Origin: Bugula neritina
Lineage: Eukaryota > Animalia > Bryozoa
Assembly: GCA_964035545.1 (NCBI GenBank)
Contig: OZ037765.1
Coordinates: forward strand, 26,473,504 to 26,537,503
Direction of reading: 5' to 3'
Length of the DNA: 64,000 nt
A program made the position numbers and the translations under genes. The notes under the pieces are model-generated. The model saw nothing but the letters and a program-made list of their open reading frames with translations, was not told where the DNA came from and ran no database searches. This document shows, piece after piece, positions 44,215 to 59,200 of the stretch (within the stretch, counting starts at the first letter, position 1; each line of letters starts with the position of its first letter).

Positions 44215-47200
44215 ATGGCTTTCCGGAATTATATACTGTTGTTCTCCTTAGTGGTCAGCACTATTGCAGGTAAGTTCATGTTCAACACCAAAGTAGTGGT
44301 CGTGAGGCAGATCTTTTGTAATCTGCTCATGAAATTTTAAGTCTAAAATCATTATGTGAAACTTGTTGCATGTAATAATAATTGCATTTAGTTTTACTAT
44401 TAGTATTACTGATATTTTGTTTGAACTCTAAAAACATTTTATTGTTTCAAATTACATTTTCTGAAATTTACAAATTAATACACTATTTTATCATTTTATC
44501 TTGAATGGTATCTTTTAATTGGCCAGGATTTTATTATTTTTTTAAAACTCTTTGGTCTTCTATCAATGAAATCATTTTCAAGTTGAAGTTAATTAGTAAA
44601 AAAGTACTTCTGCAAATGCTGGATACGTGAATGATAATAGTCCTCAATTTTCAAGAGTTTTTGTGATTACACATATGAATAGGTGTTTACTGTAAGAATT
44701 TTCTACAGTTGAGTAATAAGAATGTTAACAGTTAGTTTAATAGATAGTTATATATACTGCAAGTATAACTATAAGTATATCTACGTTTTTTTGTATTAAT
44801 TGTGATTAAGACAATAAATTAAACCATTTACTTTTAAATTAATTTGGTCTCATTTAAAGAAATTTAAGTCAACTAGCAACATCTGGTGCTCATTAATGAT
44901 TAACATTTTCTTGTCTAACATCTAATATTTTGTATTTTAGGCCCAATCAATGTTCAAGATGGCGATTTAAAATGTGCCAAAACCTGCGAAGGTATGTTAT
45001 CCTGTGTTATTTACTACTCTCATTTGAAAATAGAAAGTATCACAAACTTTTTGAAATTCTGATTAACTCAAACTAACACAGCTTAGTTTTTTAAACTATG
45101 AATAGCAAAGCTAACAATATTTCAAGAAGTATAAGCTACACTTTTTCATTTTTTACACATTTCGATCTTTGATTTTTAGCCTCCCTTTCAGACACAGGAA
45201 AATTCCAATACACCATCGGAAACACATATTCCTACACATATGAAGGAATCACTGAGACCAGACTACAAGGAGCCTCTGAACAAACAACCACTCTGAAAAT
45301 TGATGCCACAGCTGATATAGAAGTTATCTCCACATGTGAATATGCTCTCAAGGTAACTTGTACATTTGTAAATAAAAGAACGTAATTTTTGATCCAGTTT
45401 AGTCCAGTAGAATTTATTTCTTCTCATAATAACTTTGCTAAAATAAATCTAGCTGCCAAATGGATTCCCTTTGTTTCCATTGGCAGCCACAAGATGATTA
45501 CAAAGCCTGGTTTTCAGCAACCATTTTGGCTGCTTTGCAATATTCTCCCAGGGTCGTGAAAAACACACTAGAATATTGACCCAATCTAGTTGAGTGTTTA
45601 TTTAATTAAAAAGGGAATGATTCACTATTGTGTATATTTCACATCTGGACTTAAGGTAATGGATACTTGCTCAGAACTATCACATGTTGTGCGTTTCCTT
45701 GTATTTTATAATGTGATTTTACAGTAAAAGTTTTGTTTTGTTTAGTTGAGGGATGTTAAACTAATGGAGAATGGCGAAGCCGCTTCTAGCAGCGATGAAT
45801 TTAGACAAAAACTTGAAGCCAAGCCCCTAAGGTTTGCTTTCCAAGATGGCATCATCGAAAATGTTTGCTCAATGCAAGGAGAGGATGAACGAGTGCTTAA
45901 CATCAAAAGAGGTGTGCTTTCAACATTCCAGAACTCAATGAAGGAGCTTGGTAAAGAAGGTCTATTCACAGAGGTGAGTAGAGACATCTACATTGGCTCC
46001 ATTATTCTTTGTGGATTGAAATGCTGTTTTTACATAATTTAGGTTATAAGGTCAGCTGCTGACATCTGGCACTGGCATCTGTTATCACTTTTCTGTTATC
46101 CTTATTAGTTTCAGAGTAGAGATCTCACTAACTTATTGAACATTTCATGTAGATTCAGTGCATTATTACCAAAACATTGTTTTGACATGCTTAACCAATG
46201 ATGAATAATGCCAAAACTACTTGTTGTACATGATAAATGGTTTGGGGCATCACCTGTCACCACCCAACTATTGCAACACACCAGCTGTTTGGAAAAATGC
46301 ACACAGATGTAACTATTGTTTATAATAGTAGGTGTTGCAATAACCAAAATACTGCTCTACTGTTAATGTCATAATTATTGTAAAACTGCAATGTTTTCTA
46401 CAGACTGATGTTTCTGGTGTTTGCCCAACCACATACACAACTGTACCCAGCACCTTCACTGATACTTACACCATCACCAAGAGCAAAGATATCCTCGCTT
46501 GTTCTGAGAGAAACGGAAACATTTCAGCTTTGCATTCTAAGAGTTACAACATAAAATCAGTATGTATTGCATAACTAAGTTTTGCCTGCTCACAATGTTG
46601 CACTAAAAGATGGTCAGGGCACCCATTTGCATTAAAATAGCCCAAGTATTCACCTTTGGCAGCATGCCAAAGTCAACATACAAGGGTCAATTTGGTTTAC
46701 TATAATCAGTTTGATCTTCAATCTTTGACTTGTAGTTTTTGGACCCTGAGCTTTGTCTTTTTGATAATTTAATCTACTGATTAGTTTAATATTGTTTTAG
46801 TCACTATAATTGGCAGCTGTTTTGGCATCAGCCCCATTTTACTCTAACCTTTTCATTATCAGCACTAAACTTTGGAATGCCACCCTGTAATCTGTGCTCA
46901 TGTTCAACTCTCTATCTTATCTTGTTTAGAAGATGCAAAATGCTCCTCTTCTCAAAACCAGCCACGAATGCGTGCAGACTGTCGCTCAACACCAAATCTA
47001 TGAAACCAAATGTACAGAAGTCCTTGTATTCCGTCCATTCAGCAAAGACGGCAGCGGTGCTGTCACCACTGCCAAACAGAACCTGAAGTTCTCATCTCAG
47101 AAGTCTACAGTAACCGTGACAGAAAGTATGTAACTTAGAGTCTCTATTAATAAGCAGCAAACTAAATTCAAAATAGTTCAATGTTTTATTTTAATGCAAA

Positions 47201-50200
47201 ATATTATTCTGTAGCTGTAAGAATATATTTGATATTTGTATTTACAGGTCCAGTTCAGGTACGAAGCTCTCTGCTCTTCCACCACATCTATGATGAGTCA
47301 ATCAATGAGAACGCCAAGTCTGAGGTCATTGCTCTTCTGCAAGAGATCTGCTCTGAAGTCAACGATGAGATCAAGAAATCGTCTCCCCAGCTTTTCGGTG
47401 AATTGGTGAGCAAGATGAAGAGATTGGACAGTGACAAGATGATGCAGGTCTACAATGCTGTCAACGGTGGTCGCATCTGCACCAGCCTCCGTGGAAAGTA
47501 TGTCATTTGCTCAATCAAATACTGTGCTGTTGCTCTGTGGTTACATAGTTTTTGGTCAGCGTATAAATGAATGCTTTTGTTTTCCAATTTATAGGCAATT
47601 CTTCTATGATGCTGTACCCATGGTTGCCACCGAGGCTTCTCTTGCACTTACTGCTAAGTTGATTGCCGAGAAGATTGTCCAGAGTGTTGAGGCTGATGCA
47701 TGGCTCACTCAACTTGCATTCATTCCAAGACCAAACTACGAAATGCTTGCTGCTATCATGGTAAATCTAATGAGCTATTAATTATATTGTTATAACCTGA
47801 TACTGACTATAAATATTAAGTGGTGAATCATCAACCACTAGAATTGTTATTGTCATGTGATCAAGTGTTATTGTCATGTGACTGGGGTTTGTTGCTGTCA
47901 AGTTGTCAGTAGTAGAATTAAATAAACCACTTTTCTAAATGAGTTGAACATATTATTTTCACTGAGGCTCTAAATCCATTAACTCACCATCAGTAATGAA
48001 TCACCACCTATATTTCTGCTATATGAGAGTTGTGAATCACTGATTTTGTTGGTTTTGTAGCCTCTGCTCAATGACCCAGTTCTCAAGACTAAAGCTCTAC
48101 TTGGTATCTCTGCTATGGTACACAAGATCTGTGACAACAATGTCAATTGCCAAAGCAACAGCCATGTTGCCGATTTCATTAGCATTCTCAATGCTAACAT
48201 CGGCACTACCTGTTCTAGCACCACCAAAGAACAAAGACAACTCATCATGGCCACTCTTAAAGCTTTTGGAAATGCCGGACAAGCTGTTACAACCAGCTCT
48301 GTCATTGGTCGATGCATCACCAACACAGATGTTGACATTGAACTCCGAGTTATTGCCCTTCAAGCATACAGACGTATGCCTTGCTCCATCTCCGTAAGTT
48401 TGTGCCCTAATCTCTCTGTTGGCTTATAGCGAGTAGCGAGTTCTATTTCCGTTGGTTTATTTGCTTTTGCTGTGCTTCAAAAGAATAAATAATGGTTTTG
48501 TAAAATTTTCTTGCTATATTTGTAGAGGGAAGATGCTATGAGAATCTATGAGAACTTTGAGAATGATTCTGAACTGAGAATTCATGCCTTCCTGGCAATC
48601 ATGACCTGCCCAACCAACGTCTTGCCCAAAGTTAGAATGGTGTTGAGTGGAGAGCCCGTCAACCAGGTTGGATCCTTCGTCTGGACTTACTTGGAAAACC
48701 TCAAAGAGACTTCCTCCCCATTGAAACAACAGCTTTCTTCCATCTTGGAGGATGCCAAGCTGAGACAAGACTTCAACCTTGATGCTAGAAAATTCTCACG
48801 AAACCTGGAAAAGAGTTACTTCTCAGACTACTTGAATGCCGGAGCTCAGGTAATTCGCACATTCTATGTCTAACAGCATTACATTATTTCAAGTACCGTT
48901 TCTTCACTTATTTAAGATTTCATGCTGTGATCGCACTAAAATTGATTCTAACTTTTATTTAAATAGATTGAATCCAACCTCATCTGGTCACAACGCTCCT
49001 ACATCCCACGATCTGCCATGCTGAATGTCACTGTTGACATGTTCGGTAACTCCATCAACCTTGTTGAGCTCGGAGGTCGTGTGCAGGGCTTGGAAAGAAT
49101 TGTCGAGAAGTTCTTTGGGCCTAATGGCTACTTCGGACAGAAAGAGACTCCAGAGCTCATGGACAACAAGAGGCAGACTGCCAACTACATCTCATCTTTT
49201 GATAACACTGTAAGTTTATATTGCTTGTCTTGATCTTTTAACCCGGCAACCTGCTGGCAGCAGATGACAATCAGTGTTGAAAGAAATATTATTGTTACCA
49301 TCACGTTGTTGCTCTTTGTCTGTTTTCCAAATCGACACAGTCTGGGTAATTGTTGAAAGATGTTATTCTTTTCAAGTTCTTCAGGTCGCTTGTATTTAGT
49401 TGTAACTGCTACATCACCTCTGCTCTGTTTCAATTTGTGTGTCCTTGTTATGATTCTTATTTCTTCTACGTTTGACTTGTTTGTAGTTCAAGACCCCAGA
49501 AGACGAGATCACCACTAGCATGTACGTAAAGATGTTTGGTGATGAGCTGTACTTCAGCGAGCTGGACAGCACTAAATGGTCCGACATTCAAGGATTCAAT
49601 GTTCTTGATTTCCTCATCAAGCTGGCTGAACCTAAGAAAATTGACTTGACCAAGAACATTCAGTTCATCGACAGCTCTCTGATCGTCCCAACTTGTGTTG
49701 GTAAGCGATTCTACCCTCTCATTGTCTAAATAATTAAGTTTCTTTTTATTTTTGATCTTCTGATAATCATGGGAGGTAAATTCATGCTGCATGATCTTGT
49801 TTGTGTTTAGGTCTTCCAATGAACCTCACTGTGAATGGAACATCCAGCGTCAGTGTAGATGTTAATGGAAACGTTGACTTGCGAAACATTGCTGCTTCTC
49901 CAAGAAGCTTCGACATCAATGGTCATATCAAACCATCTGCTGCTGTTGTGGTCTCTGGAATGATGGGAGTTGATGCTATTGTAACCAAAGCCACCATGAA
50001 GATGGTTGCCTCAATGCACTCTAGCACTCAGCTTGACGGAACAATCTCCCTTAAAGATGGCCAGATTTTCAGTGTAAATCTTAACACCCCACAGGAAAAG
50101 ATGGAGGTCTTCCATGTTGAGTGAGTGTAATCTCTGTTGTACTAAAGCAGTAAAAGCAGTTTAACTTTTCATTTTCTCTAGTGAATAATGTTGCGATTTG

Positions 50201-53200
50201 TGACTAAGAAAGAATGCTGTAATGCTTGCTTGTAGAACTGAGTTTTTCCTGAATGGAGAGAAAATGCAAATGCCAGAATCTGCTATGATCTACAAGAAAT
50301 GCACACCTGCCGGAGTGACCAAGGTCATTGGTATGGAGATGTGTGTTGACGTCACTCTCCCAACCTTCCACCAAACCGGACTTCCACTGCCACCATTCAC
50401 TGGGCCAATGAACGCTCAGGTAGCCTATTACTCATTAATTCATTTTTAATTCATGAAAAAAAATTTTTATGCGAGAAATTGATGGGCACATTTTTATATT
50501 GCCAACTATTGTTTTGCCAGGTGTTTGTTGAAAAGAAAGACACCCACACTGGATATGCTTTCACAGCCAAGTACGAGCGCTCCAAAGAGCAGGTCAGCGG
50601 AATGACCTACGAGAAGAAGGTTCTGCACTTGAGTGTGGACACACCCGGAAGTCAAGTGGACAGAAAACTCCTGATTGAAGGTGTCTACAATCCCGCCGAG
50701 ATGATTGCCAGCGCTCAGCTTCAATCTCCATGGACGAAACTGGAATGGACCAGTAAGATATTATTGTATTTTTACTTTAAGTATTTTACACATTCTAGAA
50801 GCTATAATATCACTATTTTCTGTAATGTGATGGTAACTGGGAGTTGCATTTATTGTAGCATCTTTTGAGAATACAGTTGAGATGAAGAAGGCTGCTTCTT
50901 CACTGAAGATTAATGGAACACAGGCTTATGCTATCGATGCTGAACTTGGTGTTGATGTGAGAAGTGTGAAGACCGTCTACAGCCCATCCCTCACCATCTC
51001 CACCCCTGGCAAGCCAGACATGTCCATCTCCGGTACTGCTGAATCCGGCACAGGAACAACCCTTGCCGCTGTCGATCTTGCAATCAAGAATTTCAGCAAG
51101 AAGCCCATCACTCTTGCCTCATCCTTGAGTCACACCGTTGCCGGATACGAGTTTGCTTTCGACTTGAAATCTGATGTTTTCAGCAGCTCCATCTCCAGCT
51201 CAGTCGCTGTCGCTGCCGGCAGCTACAGTGGAAATGCTCTCGTCTCGTACGAGTCTCTCGGAAGACCCGCCCACCGGTTCACTCTTGCTGGAAAGTTTGT
51301 GAATGAAACTATTGGAGACCTCATGCAGTATTCTGGTAACCTCGGGTTTATCCCCACCGAGTATCCCCACCTCCAGTTCAACGTCGATGGTACTCTCAAG
51401 CTCACAGCTAACCACATTGACACCAACATCAATGTCCAACTTGACCAAGAGAAGTTCTCCATTGGTCACAAGTTTACTCAGCAGGGAAGCATTGATGACC
51501 TAGACCTCGAATCATCTTCATTCTTCAGATATCCTTCCAAGGTGTGTTTTTGTACAGATTGCTTTTTACTAATTTTAGTAATATAAAATGGTTAAGAGTT
51601 TACACAAACCATTCATTGTAGCTGTACTAACTCTATATATACTTGCAGAGTATTGACTTCTCTGGAGAAATGAAGCATAAGCACAACTTGAACATGGTCA
51701 AGTCATCAGCATCTATGACCTATGGTGGTCAGACAGCATCAGGCTCAATTGACCTCGATAATACCATCACCGACAAGTACACTGGCGTTGTTGATATCCG
51801 ATTCCCAGGACAAGAATTCACCATTGATGCCGATATGGAGAAAATGGCTGAAGGGCACAAAATATCTGCCGAGGCCAAGTGGGGAATTGATGTCGATTCC
51901 AAGGTTAGCTTGTCTGCCATGTACAAGCCAGGATCAATCCACGAACTCTCTGGTGACATCCAGTTCCCAGGCCATCCAATCAACCTGGCCGTTTCTCTGA
52001 GGTAAATAAATACATTGTAATATTTTATTTCTATGCTGCAATACTTGGCTTTCACATCAACCATGCTACTGGTGAGTGACCAAGTTTATCATATAACTCT
52101 TTCATATTTCTAGACCTGACCCATTGGACTTCATGGGAAAGACTATCATGATATACAACAGCAACACTTACACACTAGAGACTGAGTACAAGCTGGAAGC
52201 CACTAAGATCACTACAAAGGGCTCCTGGACTTGCCCCACACGCAACCTGGCTTACAGTGTGGAGATGAGCAATGCCAATGGTCAGTTGAAGTCCGACTCC
52301 GAGTTCAGCTGGGCAACTGGAAAGAAGGTATGCAAATATTCATCAAATGAAAAATTAATCATTGTCTAATAGAGTTTATGATGCCATGGAATATAGGCTG
52401 CAAGGTTTTCACATTACACGTGGTCTGTTGCAGGTTACTTTGACTACTGAGTATACCAACCGAGATGCAGCTGGCATGTATAACCGTGACGTAAAGGTCT
52501 CTGTCACCACACCATTCGGTACCCAGTCATTCAACTCTGAGCTGGAGCTGAATCCTACAGACATGACCATGAGAATGGAGAATGAGCTGCTTGTTGATGG
52601 AGAGAGAAACACCTTCTCTGGTCGATATGCCACCGGTGCAGGAGAGATGTCCATTATTTCTCCATTCATCACTCACCCATCCATCAAATTCATTACTGCC
52701 AAGTTCAACCATGATGCTACCAGCGCAACTGCTTCACTTAGCTGGAACCCAACTCAAGAGGTAGTCTTGATTCTCTATTAATAAAAATGCATGCTAATCC
52801 AACTTCTATAATATGTAGATAACATTATCTCTTTTGTAATCATGTTCTTATATGTAATCCTTGACTATTTAGATTTCTGGAAGTGCTACATGGTCCAACA
52901 CCAAGTACAGTGCTGATATTGTAACCCCATTTGTCAGTGTTGGCAAGTTTGGAGGTAGTTTTGAGCATGTTGGCACCACTTCTGCTGATGTTGAAGCTTA
53001 CTGGAATGACCAGAAGAGTTCTCTCTCAGTTTCTAGAACAGGTATAATAGTAGTTAGTTGGAAAGTACCTGATAATCTTATTGGTTTAAAGAATTGTGTT
53101 TTTCTTGAATGTACTTCTCTATGAGTCATGTTTATTTGATTGTTGTTGCAGGTATTGAGAAAGTTCAGTTCTCTCTGACCCACCCACAGACCACCGTTAG

Positions 53201-56200
53201 CGGTTTCATCAGTCAGAGCGGCGATATTGACCTGTTCACAGGCGAGGCCGAGTTCAACTTGAATACCGACAGATACTGGAGCAAGCTGGTGTTCAGCGGT
53301 AAAGGACCATACACTCTGGAAGTTGATATCAACACTCCTCTAGCCATCAAGAAGATCTCCACCAACTTCTTCCTTGAAGGAACTCCCATGGAGTAAGTGT
53401 ACAAATTTACTTTTTTAATAAATATTTATTTAATTTGAAATTATTGGATAATTTTTAACTTTTCCTTTGGTATGCACATTTCAAGTGTGTTTGTCCTGTA
53501 TTTATTATATATTATAAATACTTTTTTGTGTCTTTAGCTTTGATACCAGAGCCACATTGATCTGGGACGATAGCCGAATCCGCTCAAGCATGAAGTTCTC
53601 CGGAAAAGAAGCCGCCATCATGTTCAATGCTCCATGGCAGAAAGTGAATGCCGAGTACAGCCTTTCCGGAACAACTGACTCATTCACAGGCAACGCCCTT
53701 CTCAAATGGGCTGACGACCAGCAGATGGATGCCTCCATGCTCTTTGATATGACCTCCAACATCGTGATGTCATTTGAAGTCAACACTCCATTCTATGGTA
53801 TGTACTGTTAGATATTATGCATTGCGCTATTCTCGTATCTATTGCATGTTTATACTTGTGTATATTGTTTGTGTTGTTATATATCTAGTGTATGTTTTAT
53901 TAGACACAGTAAAAGGATCCTTTGAACAAAATGGACCAATCACAAACTTCAACAACAAGGCCACAATCACTTGGGCAACAGCAAAAACCATTGCTGTAAC
54001 CTCCGAGTTCAACACAGCTGGAACCTTCAAAGTAAGTAAATTATGTATACCATGGTAATACTTGGGCTTTATACTGTATCTGATTTTACTGCGAATCTTG
54101 TGGGATGTAAAGTGTTGATTTACACAATGCCTAGAGAAGTATAGGCTAATGATAACTACTGTATAATCATATAGGCTGGAATCACTGGAGTGCCAACCCA
54201 GACCTTCCAGAAGGGAGACATGTCTCTTGAGATGGAGCAGACCACATCTAAAACAGATTTAACCGCCATGCTCAGCTGGAATGACAACAAGCCCATCACC
54301 GCTAAGGCCTCTATGCTAACCACCAATGGTTACAGAATTACTGGCTCTCTTGAAACACCTCTGTACGACACCATGAGCTTGGAGATTAGTCACAGCACGA
54401 CTACCACTGATTTCAACAATGAAGTTACCCTTCAGTGGGCTGCTGACCAGAAAATTACCTCTACCGTTGATATTACCATGAGGTGGGTTATCATCTATTT
54501 TATATATTATATTAATATTATGTTAATTTTATAATGTTGGAAAATGGAATCATTATATATGCTTGGGGATATAAATGAATACTTGTCAAAGTTTTAATGC
54601 TTTTTGATATTTTGTAGATCTGGACTAGAGGTCAAGATGAACGTGAATTCCCCATGGAGACAGATGTCTTTCACTGCTAGCCACCGTGGCAGTCAAACCT
54701 CTGAGATGGTTACTTCTGCTACATTCTCTTGGGAAACCGGAATGGAAATAACATCCCGCATGGAGTTTTCTCAAATGTGAGTAAAATAATTGTCAGGTTT
54801 TGAATGGCTAGAACTCTGGCTGCTGTGACAGAATTATTATTACTATTAATGCTAATATAGTAGTTTACTATAAAAAATAATATTCATATTTTAGCTCTGA
54901 TTTGAAACTTGTCTGGTCACTTGAGACTCCATGGCAAATCGTGAAGGACTTGGGATTCACTCTTAACCAGCGTGGCACCACCTTGCAATACTTCAGCAAT
55001 CAGATGGAAGTCAAATACAACCAACTGACCGCCAACCTTGCTACTACATTGGACATGAGCTCTGGTGCTAGACTCACCATTTTCTCAACCAACCCATGGA
55101 AGAACTTCAACACTAAACTGGTCTATGAAGGTAACTATTTGCACAAATAAAAATACTTTCCACCAATAAATATTCTGCTTTTTAAAGACCATGTATGAAT
55201 TCAAGCTAATCATTGTAAAGTGTAAAATGAACAAGTTTAACCATCATGGATGTTGTTTTCAGGTGCTATGAATGACTTCACGGCATCCACTGAACTCACC
55301 GTGGATCAACAAACCTACTCTGCCCGCACAGCCTTTGCATATACCGATGCCATTTCACTAAGCATGGACCTCAACACACTGGTCTATGATCCCATCTCCG
55401 TGTCCTTGATGCTCTCAGCTGAAAAGATCACCGCCAATGTGAAGTGGGGCAACAACCAAGTTATTTCTGGCCTGGCCAAAATCACCACCAACTCCATCAG
55501 CAACGCCATGGATGCTACCATCAGTTTTGCTACTCCATTCCCAGGATACGAGTCTGGTGAAGCCACCATCAATCATACTGGCAACCTGAGCTCTTTCCGT
55601 GAAATCGCAGAAGTGACCTTCAACAGCTACAGTGGTCGACTTGAAGCTGGATTTTCCTCAGCCGGAACCATCAGAGGTGACGTAACGTTGACCAGCTCTT
55701 GGTACAACATGAGTGGACGGTTTGAGCACACTGGAGCCTTGAACGATTTCGAAAACAGCGCTGATCTAACCTATGCTCCTGGCAAAACAATCACAGCTTC
55801 AAGCAAATGGAGCATGACTGATGACCTGGAAGGTGAAATGAAGTTTACCGCACCATTCAAGACCATTGATGCCAAATATCATCACAGAACATCCCTCTCC
55901 AACGAGACCACAGCCTATGCAGAGTTGAACATTGACTCACAGAGCATGTTCACTTCTGACTTCCTCTTCAGAAATATGCCAAGCAACATCAAGTTTGAGT
56001 ACACATTCACCAGTCCAATCAAATCCTTCACCACCAAGTACACCCATACTGGCTCAAGAGTTACCAAGTGCAATGCCAACGCTGAGTTCACATGGGATTC
56101 CACCAACACCATCAGCGCTGACTGGAGTATCAGCATGATCAATGGATTTGCTACTGAAGTAGAGGTTCGCACACCTTGGAGAAATGTTTCTGGTGAAGTA

Positions 56201-59200
56201 AAGCACACTGGAACAACCATGGATTCGTTTGAAAACACTCTATCCATTACATATGATGAAGGAAAAACAGTTGAAATGGAAACCACCTTCCGAATGAGCC
56301 CAGACTTTGTTGTGGAGTCTAAATTCACCAGCCCATTGAAGAATGCCAATATCCTGTACCGTCACTCTGGTAGCATTGAAAACTTCGAATGCCATCTAGA
56401 AGGTGCCTATGATGCCATGCCATTGAATGCTGACCTGAAATGGAGCATGCTGTCCGGCTACGAAGCCTCGCTTGATTTGACTTCACCATGGAAAAACATC
56501 AAAACATCCTTCAAGACCAACACTGATGCCAGTGACCTCCTAACCACTGCTAGCTACGAATGTGACTTGGTGAAGATGGATTCCACCCTCACATTCAGTA
56601 ATGCAACCGGATACACTGGATCCTTTGTTACCAACAACCCATGGAGAAATATGTCTGCCAACTTTGATGTCAAGGGTCAACTTTCCGACTTCTCATCAGA
56701 AGCTGCTTTCAGCTGGGAGGCTGGACAATCCATCAAAGCAGAATTCACAACACAGCTTACTGGCCAGAAGAGAGAATTGTCCCTGAACATCAACACTCCA
56801 TGGAGAACATTGAGTGGCTTCTACAGCCGAGATGGTATCTGGAGCAAGTTCGACAGCACCACCAGTTTCTCATGGGCAACCGGGCAAGAAATCAAAATGA
56901 TGACTACTTTCGACATGGACGGCATGGATGGCTCTGTGAACATCAACACACCATGGAGAAACATGTTCGTTACTGTGAAACAATCTGGTGATCTCAACAA
57001 GTTTGATGGTGACTATGAAGTCAGCTGGGAAACTAGCCAAAAGATTTTCACCACTCTGTCTTTCAACCAAGCAAACGGAATGGAAAGCAGGATAAGAATT
57101 GAGACTCCCTGGAGAACCATCAGCAGCAACTATGACTTTGCTGGAAACTACACAGCATTCACCTCATCCTTTGACTTCTCCTGGGCGACTGGCCAGAAGA
57201 TTGAGCTGACATCATCATTTGATGTCCTTAGTGACGTGTTCGGATCCGTGTCTCTCAAGTCACCATTCTATCCTGAGATGAGCCTCAAGTTCAAACACAC
57301 CCCCACATACAACGAGGTGTCTCTGGACACTCCTTTTGCAGACAAACTTGAGCTCACTCACCAATACACTGATCTCTTCAACTTCAACACCAACCTGGTC
57401 TACGGTTCTTCAAAATACACCGGAAAAGCCGTCACATCCTGGACCAATGGTCTTCAAACTTTGTTGGAAGTTTCATCTCCAGCAGGAGCCAACTCAATTG
57501 AACTTGATCATCAGGGTGATCTCTTTACTTTCACTAGCACCATGGAGGCAACTTGGTATGGCAACGCTATCAAAATTTCCACCAATGCTGATGTGCCAAA
57601 CTGGACTCTCTCCCAGGATCTGGAGACCCCTATTACTGGTTTTGAGGTAAGAAAAACGTTATGTTTTTTGTAAATGTTAATTGTTTTTTTATGTACTAAC
57701 AATATCTAATACCACAAACCTGTAATATTTATTAATTATTTATTAATATTTTTGACAGACACTGAGCTGGTCTGCAAGCTGCACTCTGGCAAACAGCACT
57801 GTTGCTGCCAAGTTAATGGCTACCAAGAATACCGATAAGCTGGAGTTTGAATTGAATGGCGATGCTGAACAGCAGGTCGACAAGGTCATCTACACTTATT
57901 CCGTCAAGGTCATTACACCTTTCACTGGATTCGAAGAGAATTCTCTGAGTGAAACCCTTGAATTGTCTCCTAGCCGTGTCAGCTACAGATCCACTCACTA
58001 CATCGGCTCTTTGTCCAATGCTCGCTCACTTGAGTTCTACATGATGAAGACTGGTTCACCCACCAGAGCTAGTCTGGAGACCTTTGTGAAATCCACCATC
58101 AATAGGTATGCACTTTTAGAACTAAAATTTGTCTGATAAAAATATTAAAAATCTCTTAGAGCTTTACTGCTTCAATAAGCCTACAGCTTAGTGTATGTTA
58201 ACTTGCCATGTCATTGTAATTTACAGTGAAATGAGTGAGATTTCCTTCAACTACCTGTTGGAAGGAGGAGAACTCTCTACTGACTTCAAATCAGACCTGA
58301 AAGCTTATCCACAGATGAACTGCGCATTCAAGCTGTCTGTTGTACACAGCCAAACTGCTACTGACATGAGCCAGCAAGCCACCTTGGACATCACCACCCC
58401 CACTGTCTCTCAGAAGATCATGTGGAATGTAGGCTCTAATGGCAACATGTGTGAATCTGGATTCTCTCTTACACACAACGCTGAAGAATTGATACATTAC
58501 ACCCACAAGGTAAATTAGGAGTTGGGCAGTGTAGTAAAGTAGTAGTGAGAATTATATCTCTTGTTAAATGATGTGGTGTTGCATTTTTTCTAAAACAATG
58601 ACTTTTGTCTATAGACTACCTGGTCTACCGCCTACCAGAAGATGGACAACGATATGACTTTGAAGATGCCCAAAACTTCAATGTTTGCTGACTGCCAGTT
58701 TGAGTTCAAGTATGATCTCACTCAAGCCACCAAGACTGCTGGTTTCACCTTGTACAATGACCCAAGCAAGCCTTTTGACTTCAAGTCCGAATTGGTTTTG
58801 GGCGCCAGTGCCAAGTTTGAGCTTACAACACCTTTTGACGAGTGCAAGCTTGTGAAATCCTCCATCACTGTTAACCAAGCTCAACAGCCATGGACTGTGG
58901 AGATGGAAGGAACATTCAATGAGCACACCATCTCAGCTTCAGGTAATATTTACCACCAGTCTAGTACAATTATTCTAGTGTAACATTGTAACTTAACTGA
59001 TATTTTAAACAAGATTATGACTCACCAAGTATTTCTATGAATAGGAACCATGAGCTTTGAAGCACCCGCCATCTTCAACATCAACATGTCCTTCAAGTCT
59101 CAAATCCCAATGTTGGAGGACTTGTCTCTGGCTCTGACCAACTCCAAGCTGCAGGATCAATGGAAACCACACATGGTGCTGCAATATGCTGCTGATAAGA

